The notes under the pieces were generated by a model, which was not told the origin of the DNA, searched no databases, and saw only the letters and a list, made by a program, of their open reading frames with translations. This document shows positions 40,833 through 50,578 of a DNA stretch of 64,000 nt, piece by piece (the first letter of the stretch is position 1; each line of letters starts with the position of its first letter). The position numbers and the translations under genes are program-made. The DNA is from Hyphomicrobiales bacterium. GTDB taxonomy: Bacteria > Pseudomonadota > Alphaproteobacteria > Rhizobiales > TMED25. The DNA lies in NCBI GenBank assembly GCA_049602435.1, contig JBMYRO010000002.1, positions 35,370-99,369 on the forward strand, written 5' to 3'.

Positions 40833-42323
40833 TTATTTTTTTATCCACCAGTCTGTTGGCATTTCAATATTCATCCTAGAATCTTCAATTAGCTTTCCAA
40901 GTTTAAAAAGTGATTTTTCATCAAAATGATTTGTAATTAATTGAATCCCCATAGGTAAACCAGAACTATCCAAACCACTTGGAATTGAGATCGCAGGTAA
41001 TCCAGCTAAATTAACAGGAACTGTCAAAATATCATTAGAATACATTTTTAATGGGTCTGAAATATTTTCTCCTATACCAAATGCAGTTGTGGGAGTGGTC
41101 GGTGTTAATATTGCATCAACTGTTTTAAAAGCTTCCACAAAATCTTCGTGAATAAGCCTCCTCACCTTCTGTGCTTTAAGATAATAAGCATCATAGTAGC
41201 CTGCAGAAAGCACATATGTACCCATTAATATCCTTCTTTTAACCTCATCACCAAACCCCTCACCTCTCGTTCTTTTATACAAACTATCAAGGTCTTCACC
41301 AGGCACTCTCTTTCCGTACTTAACTCCATCATAACGGGCAAGATTTGAAGATGCTTCAGCTGGAGCAATTATGTAATATGCTGGAAGTGCGTATTTACAA
41401 TGAGGTAAATTTATTGATTTTATATTAACGCCAGCTTCTTGATACCACTGAATAGCCTCTTCCCAATTTTGCCTAATATCTGGAGAAAGATCCAGCTCCT
41501 CAAACTCTTTTGGTATTCCTATGCTCATCCCACTGAGAGTAGAATTCATGTAGTTTTCAAAATTTTCAACTTCAATGTTAGCACTGGTACTATCTTTATT
41601 ATCATAACCCGCCATTGCCTGGAGTGCTATTGCGGAGTCTCTAACTGTTTTTGTGATTGGTCCTGCTTGATCAAGAGATGAAGCAAAAGCTACTATACCC
41701 CAACGTGAACATCTACCATATGTTGGTTTTAAACCAACTGTTCCTGTGAATGCTGCGGGTTGCCTAATCGAGCCACCCGTATCGGTTGCAGTAGCTACTG
41801 GACATAGTGATGCAGCAACAGCAGCAGATGAACCTCCAGAGGATCCTCCAGGAACCAAGGCTTTTTTAGATTTTTTTGATCTCCATGGATTGACTACAGC
41901 TCCGTTTGCACTTGTTTCGTTAGATGAACCCATGGCAAATTCATCATTACTAAGTTTACCGAGCATTATCATGCCCGATTTAAATAAATTCTCAGTAACA
42001 GTTGACTCATAAGGTGGAATAAAATTTTCCAAAATTTTGCTAGAGGCTGTTGTCTCTACTCCGCGTGTGCAAAATAGATCTTTGATACCAATGGGAATTC
42101 CTTCAAGGGGTCTTGATTCATTTTTTTTAATTTTACCATCACTGATCTCAGCACTATCAAGCGCTTGTTCAAAAGTGGTTGTGTTATATGTGTTTAATTT
42201 TGATGAGTCTTCAATTCTTTCGATGTAGGATTTTACTAATTCTTTTGATGTAAAATCACCCTTTTCTAGTGCATCTCTGATTGTAGATAAATCTAGTATT
42301 CTTACGTCGATCATTTTATTCAA
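40833..42323 (-). CDS. gatA: Asp-tRNA(Asn)/Glu-tRNA(Gln) amidotransferase subunit A
   Basis: 496 aa with the amidase signature GGSSGGSSAAVAA....ATDTGGSIRQPA. Confidence 0.95.
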   Translation of the reverse strand: MNKMIDVRILDLSTIRDALEKGDFTSKELVKSYIERIEDSSKLNTYNTTTFEQALDSAEISDGKIKKNESRPLEGIPIGIKDLFCTRGVETTASSKILENFIPPYESTVTENLFKSGMIMLGKLSNDEFAMGSSNETSANGAVVNPWRSKKSKKALVPGGSSGGSSAAVAASLCPVATATDTGGSIRQPAAFTGTVGLKPTYGRCSRWGIVAFASSLDQAGPITKTVRDSAIALQAMAGYDNKDSTSANIEVENFENYMNSTLSGMSIGIPKEFEELDLSPDIRQNWEEAIQWYQEAGVNIKSINLPHCKYALPAYYIIAPAEASSNLARYDGVKYGKRVPGEDLDSLYKRTRGEGFGDEVKRRILMGTYVLSAGYYDAYYLKAQKVRRLIHEDFVEAFKTVDAILTPTTPTTAFGIGENISDPLKMYSNDILTVPVNLAGLPAISIPSGLDSSGLPMGIQLITNHFDEKSLFKLGKLIEDSRMNIEMPTDWWIKK

Positions 42324-42603
42324 TAACTTTTGGAACCACGAAGAAATTTTTATCCTCTGCTGGTGAATTACTTAAAATCTCGGATCCCTTTTCCCCATCA
42401 TTAACAATATCCTCTCTCATTTGCAAAAAATTAGTCAAGCTATTAGACATTGGTTCTATATTGTCAGTGTCCACTTCATTCAGAGTCTCCACCCAATTTA
42501 ATATTGAGGATATTTCGCCCTCTAATTTTTCGATTTGATCTTCTGAGATTGATATTTTAGCTAGATTAGCTATTTTTAAAATTGTGTCTTTTGAAATAGT
42601 CAT
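42316..42603 (-). CDS. gatC: Asp-tRNA(Asn)/Glu-tRNA(Gln) amidotransferase subunit C
   Basis: 95 aa. I.K.A.LAKI.....Q.E.L..E...IL.WV and an 8-nt overlap with gatA. Confidence 0.9.
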   Translation of the reverse strand: MTISKDTILKIANLAKISISEDQIEKLEGEISSILNWVETLNEVDTDNIEPMSNSLTNFLQMREDIVNDGEKGSEILSNSPAEDKNFFVVPKVIE

Positions 42604-42701
42604 TTTTTTATAAAAATTTAGTTATAAGATATATATATATAAAAAAAATGAATTTAATATATTTTTTTTTATTTTATTATTTTCATTTATACTTGTTGAT
42701 C

Positions 42702-43172
42702 ATGATCTACAAAGAAATAAACCAAGCACTAAATAACGAAACCTTCAGCAATAGGCTAATTGGACTTGATCTTGGGACAAAAACAATAGGTGTATCCATG
42801 TCAGACTCTTCAAGAATTATTGCTTCTACATTTGAAACAATCAAAAGAAAAAAAACAAAACTTGATATCGAGCGTATTCTGGAAATTTGTGATGAATTTA
42901 AGATAAGTGGAATTGTTCTTGGCTATCCAATTAATATGAATTTTACTGAAGGACCAAGATCACAATCAACTATGTCTTTTGCAAAGCTACTTGAACTTAG
43001 AACTAATATTCCAATTATACTTTGGGATGAGAGGCTATCTACATCTGCAGCAGAAAAGGTTCTTATCTCAGCTGATCTATCAAGAAAAAAAAGAAAAGAT
43101 GTTATCGACAAACTTGCTGCTACTTATATTCTACAAGGAATACTTGACAGAATATCAAATATTAAAAAGTGA
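42702..43172 (+). CDS. ruvX: putative pre-16S rRNA nuclease / Holliday junction resolvase-like protein (YqgF)
   Basis: LIGLDLGTKTIGVSMSD and GIVLGYPINM motifs. I chose Met19 of the ORF (ATG at 42702), giving a typical 156 aa. The longest ORF starts at 42648 with a low-complexity FY-rich extension. Confidence 0.85.
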   Translation: MIYKEINQALNNETFSNRLIGLDLGTKTIGVSMSDSSRIIASTFETIKRKKTKLDIERILEICDEFKISGIVLGYPINMNFTEGPRSQSTMSFAKLLELRTNIPIILWDERLSTSAAEKVLISADLSRKKRKDVIDKLAATYILQGILDRISNIKK

Positions 43173-43183
43173 GTTTGTCCGTA

Positions 43184-44122
43184 CTAAGATTGCATAATTA
43201 TTAGGTTCTTAATACCATCTTCAAATGTTGAGCGTGGAGATCTATTCTTAATTATTGCATTTGTAAAATCTAGCACTTCTCCAAAAAATGAACTAATAGG
43301 TTCAATCAAAATTTTTTTATTATTATGATATATCTCTTCATCAGTCTTTATACCAAAAACATTTTCGCCAATAATTACATCAGTATCTGAATAAACCTCT
43401 ATTCTATTTACACGAGGCAAAATTGCCGAAGCTGTAACATCACACAGTATTTTATTATTAAAATTCATTGTAAGTGTTGAAATTTCATCATTTGGGCTTC
43501 TATATTTTGGTGATAGTGATATCAGCTTTGAATCAATAGGCTCACCGAAATACCATCTAAATATGTCTATCATATGAGTGCCCGTAGCGCTCATTGCCCA
43601 AAATTTTGATTGATCACCAAGAGCTCGCCAACCCTCAGGGTCGTTTTGTTGAGTGGATAACATAGCTCTGGCATAATAAATGTTGCCGATTTGACCTTTC
43701 TCAATTTGTTCCTTGATATACCTGAGACCTGCATTAAATCGATTATTGTATGCCATACCAAAGATTATTTTACTCTTTTTGATTTCTTCAATCATTCTCA
43801 AGCAACTTTGATAATCAGTTGACATTGGTTTCTCACATAAAACGTGTTTGTTTGCTCGGCAAGATTTTATGACTTGTTCTTCATGCATGGCATCTGGTGT
43901 ACATATTATTACGGCATCTAAACTTTTATCTCGAAGTAATTCATCAAGGTCTACATATGAGTTTTTTATTTGGTGCTTTTTCGCAAAAGCTTCACCTTTT
44001 GCTTCATCACGTGAGAGAACAGATATGATATTTGTATCACTAATTTGTTGGATTGCAGGAATATATCCAATTTCAGCTATTCTACCTGTTCCAAGAAGTG
44101 CAATATTGATAGTCATTTTCAC
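43184..44122 (-). CDS. Gfo/Idh/MocA family oxidoreductase
   Basis: 312 aa. IALLGTGRIA Rossmann motif and CEKPMS. It is the second family member in the window. Confidence 0.8.
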   Translation of the reverse strand: MKMTINIALLGTGRIAEIGYIPAIQQISDTNIISVLSRDEAKGEAFAKKHQIKNSYVDLDELLRDKSLDAVIICTPDAMHEEQVIKSCRANKHVLCEKPMSTDYQSCLRMIEEIKKSKIIFGMAYNNRFNAGLRYIKEQIEKGQIGNIYYARAMLSTQQNDPEGWRALGDQSKFWAMSATGTHMIDIFRWYFGEPIDSKLISLSPKYRSPNDEISTLTMNFNNKILCDVTASAILPRVNRIEVYSDTDVIIGENVFGIKTDEEIYHNNKKILIEPISSFFGEVLDFTNAIIKNRSPRSTFEDGIKNLIIMQS

Positions 44123-44223
44123 CTAATAAAGATTTACATTAATAAAATTTATTTCAATTTAAAGTAAAAATAAATAAATAATGTTGCAGAAAAACCCAAA
44201 TCTCGTTATAAAATATATTTTTA

Positions 44224-45168
44224 ATGAATATATCTAAATTTGATCCTTCTTACACCCCACAACTCAAGCATCTCTTGGGTATAGAAAAAACTTCTCAATT
44301 AGACTTAGAATTTATTATCTCCAAATCTCTGGAGTGGTTTGATAAAAATAAAAATATACCAAAAAAATTTGATATATTGAGAGGAAAAACACAAATTAAT
44401 CTTTTTTTTGAGCCATCAACAAGGACACAAAGTTCATTCGAGCTGGCTGGGAAAAGGTTAGGCGCTGATGTAATCAATATGTCACTTAAACAATCTTCTG
44501 TTGCCAAAGGTGAAACACTAATCGACACCGCTGTCACATTAAATGCAATGAAGCCAGATTTATTAATTGTACGTCATCAATCCGCGGGCGCAGCCGAACT
44601 GCTATCTCAAAAAGTAGATTGCTCTGTAGTAAATGCTGGGGATGGTTCACATGAACACCCAACACAAGCAATTTTAGATACACTTACCATATTACATCAT
44701 AAAAAAAGAATTGAAGGATTGAAGATTGCAATTTGTGGTGATATTTTACACAGTAGGGTTGCTAGATCAAATATACTCATGCTATCACTCCTTGGCGCCA
44801 ACATCAATTTAGTAGCACCAAAAACCCTCCTACCAAGGAATATAGATAACTTTAAAGTTAACATATACAATGATATGCGTGATGGCATAAAAGATGTAGA
44901 TGTTATTATGATGCTTCGACTACAAAATGAGAGAATGTTGAGTTCATACATCCCTTCAGCAAGGGAATACTTCAGATATTATGGACTAGATGAAGAAAAA
45001 TTATCAATTGCAAAAAATGATGCAATAGTCATGCATCCCGGCCCTATGAATAGAGGTGTAGAGATAGACACGTCAGTTGCAGACAATGTACAAAGTGTAA
45101 TCAAAGACCAAGTTGAGATGGGGGTTGCCGCGAGAATGGCAATTCTTGAGATATTATCAATGAGATAA
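44224..45168 (+). CDS. pyrB: aspartate carbamoyltransferase catalytic subunit
   Basis: 314 aa. [26 protein letters not shown] and [11 protein letters not shown] motifs. Confidence 0.95.
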   Translation: MNISKFDPSYTPQLKHLLGIEKTSQLDLEFIISKSLEWFDKNKNIPKKFDILRGKTQINLFFEPSTRTQSSFELAGKRLGADVINMSLKQSSVAKGETLIDTAVTLNAMKPDLLIVRHQSAGAAELLSQKVDCSVVNAGDGSHEHPTQAILDTLTILHHKKRIEGLKIAICGDILHSRVARSNILMLSLLGANINLVAPKTLLPRNIDNFKVNIYNDMRDGIKDVDVIMMLRLQNERMLSSYIPSAREYFRYYGLDEEKLSIAKNDAIVMHPGPMNRGVEIDTSVADNVQSVIKDQVEMGVAARMAILEILSMR

Positions 45169-45171
45169 AAA

Positions 45172-46467
45172 ATGAATAAATCTACATTATTTAAAAATGC
45201 TCTATTAATTGATCCCAAAAATGAGAAAGAATTTATTGGGTCAATTCTTACTAAGGATGGAAATATTTGCGAGATCTTTAATACACCAGATCCAAATTAT
45301 TCCATATCCGATTGTGAGATTATAGATTGTAATAATAATGCACTATCACCTGGTTTAATTGATATGTGGGTTTTTGTTGGAGAGCCTGGGTATGAACATA
45401 TTGAAACGATTGAGGATATCAGTGATGCTGCAAAAGCTTCTGGGGTAACATCAATAGCTTGTCGTCCTGACACTAACCCCATAGTTGATGAAGCAGAATT
45501 AGTTGAATATATAAAAAGAAAATCTATTGATAAATCTGAAATTAATATCTGCCCAATTGCAGCATTGACGAAAAAACATGGTGGCGAAACTATGACTGAA
45601 ATGGGCTCTCTCATTGAAGCTGGAGCACTTGGTTTTTCTGATTCATATAATTTTAATAACAACACAAATGTATTAAAGAACGCCTTCACATATGCTTCGA
45701 ATTATGATGCCCTAATTCTCCAAAACAGCAACTCAGACCTTGATAAATACGGTGTTGTAAACGAGAGTGAATTATCTATGCGGCTTGGTTTGCCTGGTGT
45801 GCCGAAGATTTCAGAAGCAATTTCTTTAGAACGAGAACTAATGATCGCAAAATACGCATCAAATAAATACCATTCAATTTGCATCTCCACTAAAGAATCA
45901 TACGAAATAATAAAACGATACAAGGATACATTAAGTTCTGTGACATGTGGAATATCTATAAATAACCTTAAACTCAATGAAAATGATATTGGAACATATA
46001 GAACATTTTTTAAAGTCCGCCCTCCTCTGCGCTCCGAAGCTGATAGATCATTCTTACTTGAGAACATTTCAAATGATATAATAGACGTAATTACATCTAA
46101 CCATGATCCACAAGGGACAGAGTCGAAGCGTCTTCCGTTCGAAGAAGCAGAATACGGTGCCGTAGGAATTGAGACATTACTATCAGCATCCCTATCGCTT
46201 TATCACGAAGGACATATTTCATTGCCAAGATTAATTAAAAAATTGACCTATAATCCAGCAAAAATACTTAACTTAGATAATGTTGGAAGTCTTGAAGTTG
46301 GAAAAAAAGCAGATCTTATCCTATTTGATAGAGATATCCCATGGGTACTGGATGCAGACAATTTAAAGACAAAATGTAAAAATACCACATTTGAAAACCA
46401 AAAAATGCAAGGAAAAGTATTGCTAACAATGGTGGGTGGGAATATTATTTATAGTGCAATAAATTAA
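45172..46467 (+). CDS. dihydroorotase-like protein lacking the metal ligands (PyrC'-type, probably non-catalytic ATCase partner)
   Basis: 431 aa and collinear with class-I dihydroorotases. However, the PGL.D.HVH.R.PG motif reads PGLIDMWVFVGEPG, the AHCED region reads ILQNSN, H.SH.ST reads HSICIST and DHAPH reads SNHDPQ. It begins 3 nt after pyrB. Confidence 0.75.
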   Translation: MNKSTLFKNALLIDPKNEKEFIGSILTKDGNICEIFNTPDPNYSISDCEIIDCNNNALSPGLIDMWVFVGEPGYEHIETIEDISDAAKASGVTSIACRPDTNPIVDEAELVEYIKRKSIDKSEINICPIAALTKKHGGETMTEMGSLIEAGALGFSDSYNFNNNTNVLKNAFTYASNYDALILQNSNSDLDKYGVVNESELSMRLGLPGVPKISEAISLERELMIAKYASNKYHSICISTKESYEIIKRYKDTLSSVTCGISINNLKLNENDIGTYRTFFKVRPPLRSEADRSFLLENISNDIIDVITSNHDPQGTESKRLPFEEAEYGAVGIETLLSASLSLYHEGHISLPRLIKKLTYNPAKILNLDNVGSLEVGKKADLILFDRDIPWVLDADNLKTKCKNTTFENQKMQGKVLLTMVGGNIIYSAIN

Positions 46468-46488
46468 TTTTAATCAACCCTTATTCCC

Positions 46489-47127
46489 ATGTATTCATTT
46501 ATATTACTGGCTTGTTTCGCATATTTACTGGGAAGTATTCCATTTGGCTTATTAATTTCCAAGAAATTTTTAAAAATTGACATTACAAAACAAGGTTCAA
46601 ACAATATAGGAGCCACAAACGTCTTAAGGTTAGGTAATAAAAAAGTAGCCTTTTTGACGCTTATTCTTGATGTCTCAAAAGGATTAATACCAATCTTGAT
46701 ATCTAATAAGCTCGGTTTTGATTACCTCCTTATCATTGGGTTTTTTGCATTAATGGGGCATATTTTCCCTATTTGGTTAAATTTCAAAGGCGGTAAGGGT
46801 ATTGCAACTTATATTGGAATTCTTATAGCAACAAGCCCTATTATGGCAATTTTATTTATCGTTGTTTGGTTAATTATATTCTCTATTTATAGATACTCTT
46901 CACTATCAGCAATATGCAGCGTTATATGCATGCCGTTAATCTACCTTTCCATCCAAATAAAGCCGTTTAGTGAAAATCTCAATATATATTCAACAATCCA
47001 TAATACAGAGCTTTTTAATTTAAATCTAACGATTATACTTTTCATGACTTCAATTTTGATATATAGGCATATTGAAAATATAAAAAGATTAATCGCAGGC
47101 AAAGAGGCCAAATTTAAAGATAAATGA
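46489..47127 (+). CDS. plsY: glycerol-3-phosphate acyltransferase PlsY
   Basis: 212 aa. YLLGSIPFG, GSNNIGATNVLR and KGGKG motifs. Confidence 0.93.
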   Translation: MYSFILLACFAYLLGSIPFGLLISKKFLKIDITKQGSNNIGATNVLRLGNKKVAFLTLILDVSKGLIPILISNKLGFDYLLIIGFFALMGHIFPIWLNFKGGKGIATYIGILIATSPIMAILFIVVWLIIFSIYRYSSLSAICSVICMPLIYLSIQIKPFSENLNIYSTIHNTELFNLNLTIILFMTSILIYRHIENIKRLIAGKEAKFKDK

Positions 47128-49616
47128 TATTAGTAATAGTAGAATCTCCAGCGAAAGCTAAAACAATCAATAAATATTTAGGCTCAAACTATAAAGTTCT
47201 AGCATCTATGGGGCATGTAAGAGACCTCCCTGCCAAATCAGGTTCTATACAGACAAATAATAATTTTGAAATGATTTGGAAAACTAATTCAACAAGGTCT
47301 AAAACTATAAATGAACTAAAAAAAGAAGTAAAAAAAGCTGAGAAGGTTGTATTAGCCACTGACCCTGATAGAGAAGGAGAAGCAATTTCATGGCATCTAT
47401 ATGAATTATTTAATGGCAAAGAAAAGAAAGATTTTGAAAGAGTTGTATTTAATGCAGTAACGAAAGAAACAGTACTAAATGCAATAAAAGAGCCTCGTAA
47501 TATTGATATAGATTTAGTTGAAGCATATAAGGCACGTCTATCTCTTGACTATCTAATAGGATTTACAATATCACCTGTTCTGTGGAAAAAATTACCTGGT
47601 GCAAAATCAGCAGGTCGTGTTCAGTCAGTTGCATTAAAAATAATCTGTCAAAGAGAGTCAGAAATAGAAACATTTAAAAGTCAAAGATATTGGACGATAA
47701 ATGGTGATTTTAAAACAAAAGATAATCAGGAATTTTCTGCATATTTATATAGTAGAAATGGAAAGAGGCTAGAAAAATTTGATATTTCCTCAGAGCATGA
47801 AGCCAATATGATTAATGAAAGTCTACTAACTTGCGAATATAAAGTTAGTGATATAAATAAGTCCAACTTTGAAAAAAAACCTTACCCACCATTTACTACA
47901 TCCACTTTACAGCAAGAAGCATCAAAAAGGCTCAGATTTGATCCTACTCGAACCATGCAGATTGCTCAAAGGTTGTACGAAGGGATCGACAATCCGCATA
48001 TTGAAGATGGGCTGATAACATATATGAGAACTGATGGTGTCCAAATTGAAGATAATATTATTGAGGACATTAGAGATAAAATAAAAAGTGACTTTGGCGA
48101 TAACCAAATTCCAAATACAAAAATAGCATACAAAACAAAGTCCAAGAATGCACAAGAGTCACATGAAGCAATAAGGCCGACATCTTTTGATAATAACCCT
48201 GAGAAATTAAAACCGTATTTATCTGATGAACAATTTAAGCTATATGATTTAATCTGGAAAAGGACACTAGCAAGCCAAATGAAAAGCGCTATTTTCGAGA
48301 GGACTGCAATATCTTTGATTACGACAGATAGTGATAATATCGAAAATATATTTAGAGCAAACTTCCAAATCAGAGTTTTCTCAGGCTTTCAAGAAGTCTA
48401 TGATGATCAAAAAAGTGAAGTGGACACTGATGATGAATTGCCAGAAATTGACAAGAAAATCAATGTAATTAAAGATGATATAATTCTCTGTAATAAAGTT
48501 TCCCAAATTGCACATGATACTGAACCACCCCCAAGATATAATGCAGCATCACTTATCAAAACACTCGAAGAACTTGGAATTGGAAGACCCTCAACATATG
48601 CCAGTATATTAAGTAAGCTATCTGAGAGAAATTATACTCAGTTAGATCAAAGAAGAATATCTCCAACAAGTAATGGTAGATTAGTAACAGCATTTCTTGA
48701 AAATTATTATCCAGAATATGTTCAATATGATTTCACGGCAGATTTAGAAAACAAGTTAGACAAAATATCAAATGGGGACTTCACTCGCCTATCTCTGTTA
48801 GAGGAATTTTGGAAGAACCTTGATGAGTCCACCCAAAAAATTACTAATGTTGAAAGAAAAGATATAATAAATGTCATAAATGAGACTTTAGCTCCATTCA
48901 TTTTTGATCAAGATCTCGAAAATCCAAGATTGTGTCCTGAATGCAGTGATGGAACCTTAACTCTTCTTTCATTTAAAGATGGTTCATTTGTTGGCTGTTC
49001 CAATTATCCTGAGTGTAAATTCCAGAGAGATCTATCTGCTAAAAGTGCAAAATCTATTCAAAAAAAGATAATTGCAGTTGATCCTACAACAAAACAAAAT
49101 ATCATCTTGCAAAGTGGAAGATATGGACCATATCTTGAACTGGAAAATATAGAGATTGATGGCAAACCCAAGAGAGCATCAATACCAAAAAACATCAATA
49201 TAGATGATTTAAATGAACAAACTGCAATTCAATTAATATCTCTTCCAAGAATAATAGGGAACCACCCAGACACAAATGAAGAAATAATAGGTGCAATTGG
49301 TAGATATGGCCCATATTTAAAACATGTAAATACATATGTTAACAAAATTGAGCTTGATGAAATATACACAATTGGACTTAACAGAGCTGTATCTTTATTG
49401 AATGAACAATCCAAAAAGAGTCCCTCTAATTCTTCAAATAAAAATTTAGGTAAATACCCTAATACAGAGAATGATATTATATTAACTAGTGGTCGATATG
49501 GACCTTATATCAAATATGATAGAAAAAATTATTCTATCAGTAAAGATTATTCAATTGATGATATTACTCTAGATAATGCAATTCAAATAATAAGTTCTAA
49601 GGCTAAAAAAAAATAA
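47124..49616 (+). CDS. topA: DNA topoisomerase I
   Basis: 830 aa. [31 protein letters not shown], the catalytic Tyr region ITYMRTDG, one Cys4 zinc ribbon (CPEC...CSNYPEC) and three GRYGPY C-terminal repeats. Confidence 0.95.
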   Translation: MILVIVESPAKAKTINKYLGSNYKVLASMGHVRDLPAKSGSIQTNNNFEMIWKTNSTRSKTINELKKEVKKAEKVVLATDPDREGEAISWHLYELFNGKEKKDFERVVFNAVTKETVLNAIKEPRNIDIDLVEAYKARLSLDYLIGFTISPVLWKKLPGAKSAGRVQSVALKIICQRESEIETFKSQRYWTINGDFKTKDNQEFSAYLYSRNGKRLEKFDISSEHEANMINESLLTCEYKVSDINKSNFEKKPYPPFTTSTLQQEASKRLRFDPTRTMQIAQRLYEGIDNPHIEDGLITYMRTDGVQIEDNIIEDIRDKIKSDFGDNQIPNTKIAYKTKSKNAQESHEAIRPTSFDNNPEKLKPYLSDEQFKLYDLIWKRTLASQMKSAIFERTAISLITTDSDNIENIFRANFQIRVFSGFQEVYDDQKSEVDTDDELPEIDKKINVIKDDIILCNKVSQIAHDTEPPPRYNAASLIKTLEELGIGRPSTYASILSKLSERNYTQLDQRRISPTSNGRLVTAFLENYYPEYVQYDFTADLENKLDKISNGDFTRLSLLEEFWKNLDESTQKITNVERKDIINVINETLAPFIFDQDLENPRLCPECSDGTLTLLSFKDGSFVGCSNYPECKFQRDLSAKSAKSIQKKIIAVDPTTKQNIILQSGRYGPYLELENIEIDGKPKRASIPKNINIDDLNEQTAIQLISLPRIIGNHPDTNEEIIGAIGRYGPYLKHVNTYVNKIELDEIYTIGLNRAVSLLNEQSKKSPSNSSNKNLGKYPNTENDIILTSGRYGPYIKYDRKNYSISKDYSIDDITLDNAIQIISSKAKKK

Positions 49617-49674
49617 AACATCAGTTGACTTAATAATCTATTCATATATTTATATAAAAAGAAAAGACGATAAA

Positions 49675-49842
49675 ATGGCAAAATCTGGAAATATAAAAAT
49701 TAGACTTGAGAGTACTGCAGGTACTGGTTATTTTTATGTAACAAAAAAAAATAATCGAACTATGACAGAAAAACTTGTAATTAAAAAGTACGATCCTGTT
49801 GCAAAGAAACACGTTGATTTCAAAGAAAATAAAATTAAATAG
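49675..49842 (+). CDS. rpmG: 50S ribosomal protein L33
   Basis: This is not in the ORF track (55 codons). Hand translation gives [55 protein letters not shown], which matches the L33 pattern (STAGTG.FY.T.KN.R.....L...KYDP...KHV.F.E.KIK). It supersedes the antisense 67-aa ORF at 49642..49845. Confidence 0.92.
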   Translation: MAKSGNIKIRLESTAGTGYFYVTKKNNRTMTEKLVIKKYDPVAKKHVDFKENKIK

Positions 49843-49925
49843 CAAGTTGAATTAGCTGACTCAACTACTCAATATTATCATCAAAAAATAAACTGTTAAA
49901 TTGATCAATCATTCTATGGTTCGTT

Positions 49926-49982
49926 GGTCGGTTGTCAGTCTCTTATTTGGAGGAGGCCAAGTAAGTGACCAACAAAACGACC
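49926..49982. ncRNA. 57-nt imperfect hairpin with hexaloop AGGAGG (+ strand) / CCUCCU (- strand); unclassified structured element
   Basis: Hand-folded with 21 pairs: 49926-30/49978-82, 49931-34/49970-73, 49938-40/49967-69 and 49942-50/49957-65. Loop is 49951-56. The 49946/49961 pair is U.G on the + strand and A/C on the - strand. G+C is far above the flanks. The strand and function are unresolved. Confidence 0.4.
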
Positions 49983-49983
49983 T

Positions 49984-50033
49984 AAAACCCTACGGACCCA
50001 GGAGATGCGGCGGACCTGAGCAACTCCGCAGGG
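49984..50033 (-). terminator. probable intrinsic terminator of divK (extended GC-rich hairpin plus U4)
   Basis: On the - strand the fold is CCCUGCGG-AGUU-GCUCAGG-(12-nt loop)-CCUGGGU-CCGUAGGG followed by UUUUA. Three positions are G.U on the - strand but A/C mismatches on the + strand, which points to - strand function. It lies 58 nt downstream of the divK stop. Confidence 0.5.
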
Positions 50034-50091
50034 AAACTCTTATGACTAGGTCATAATATATATCAAATTACCGGGTAATTAAAATATTTTT

Positions 50092-50475
50092 TTAATTTTT
50101 ATTTTCAAGAAACTTATTTACATTTTCTATAAAAGGATCCATTGATATTGGCTTTGACATATAGCCTTCGCATCCCAAAGATAGAATTTTTTCTTTATCA
50201 TCTTCCATAGCAAATGCTGTAATTGCAATTATCGGAATATGGTTATAATTTGCATCTGCCTTAATCCATTTTATTAAATCATATCCTGATATACGAGGAA
50301 GTTGTATATCCATTAATATCAAATTAGGCATTTCTCGCGCTAAAGTATCCATAGCAAACATCGGATCAAAACACTCTATTACATCACAATTTTCTGAGGT
50401 TAGAATATCTCTGAAAAGCTTCATATTCAATCTATTGTCTTCGACTATTAGCACCTTTCTATTTTGAGCACTCAT
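50092..50475 (-). CDS. divK: single-domain response regulator, DivK-like
   Basis: 127 aa, receiver domain only. KVLIVEDN.LNMKLF.D.L, LILMDIQLP.ISG and IPIIA.TAFAM..D.E.....GC..Y.SKPIS appear collinear with Caulobacter DivK as I recall it. Confidence 0.75.
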   Translation of the reverse strand: MSAQNRKVLIVEDNRLNMKLFRDILTSENCDVIECFDPMFAMDTLAREMPNLILMDIQLPRISGYDLIKWIKADANYNHIPIIAITAFAMEDDKEKILSLGCEGYMSKPISMDPFIENVNKFLENKN

Positions 50476-50578
50476 TTTTTATATTCCAATGTAAAAAAAA
50501 TTATCTATTATAATTAGAATATAATAATATTTATATTTTAATAGTATGTAATTTATTAATTAAATACAAAATTTCATC

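Noticed and set aside
42648-42701. 18-codon N-terminal extension of ruvX (MNLIYFFLFYYFHLYLLI)
   Set aside because: It is a translation of a T-rich promoter-like tract. YqgF proteins normally begin about 20-25 residues before the GLD.G.K.IG motif, which matches the ATG at 42702.
49642-49845. 67-aa - strand ORF from the ORF track
   Set aside because: It is antisense to a clear 55-codon rpmG (L33) gene on the + strand. Its translation is Phe/Ile/Asn-rich, low-complexity sequence.
49926-50033. Identity of the structured spacer as SRP (4.5S) RNA, two-piece tmRNA, 6S RNA or a known riboswitch
   Set aside because: I looked on both strands for several diagnostic motifs. These were the SRP domain IV motifs (GGAA tetraloop with AGCA/GUCAGG context), a tRNA-like T-loop plus CCA and an ANDN-type tag frame. 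I also checked TPP, glycine, ZTP, fluoride and c-di-GMP core motifs. Only partial, unconvincing resemblances were found. A covariance-model search is still needed.
49917-50057. 46-codon + strand ORF (MVRWSVVSLLFGGGQVSDQQ...) spanning the GC-rich spacer
   Set aside because: There is no SD upstream. Its codon usage (CGT, TCG, GTC, GGC, CCC, AGG, CGC) is unlike any gene in the window. The region folds into two long hairpins. An open frame is expected by chance in a short GC-rich patch.
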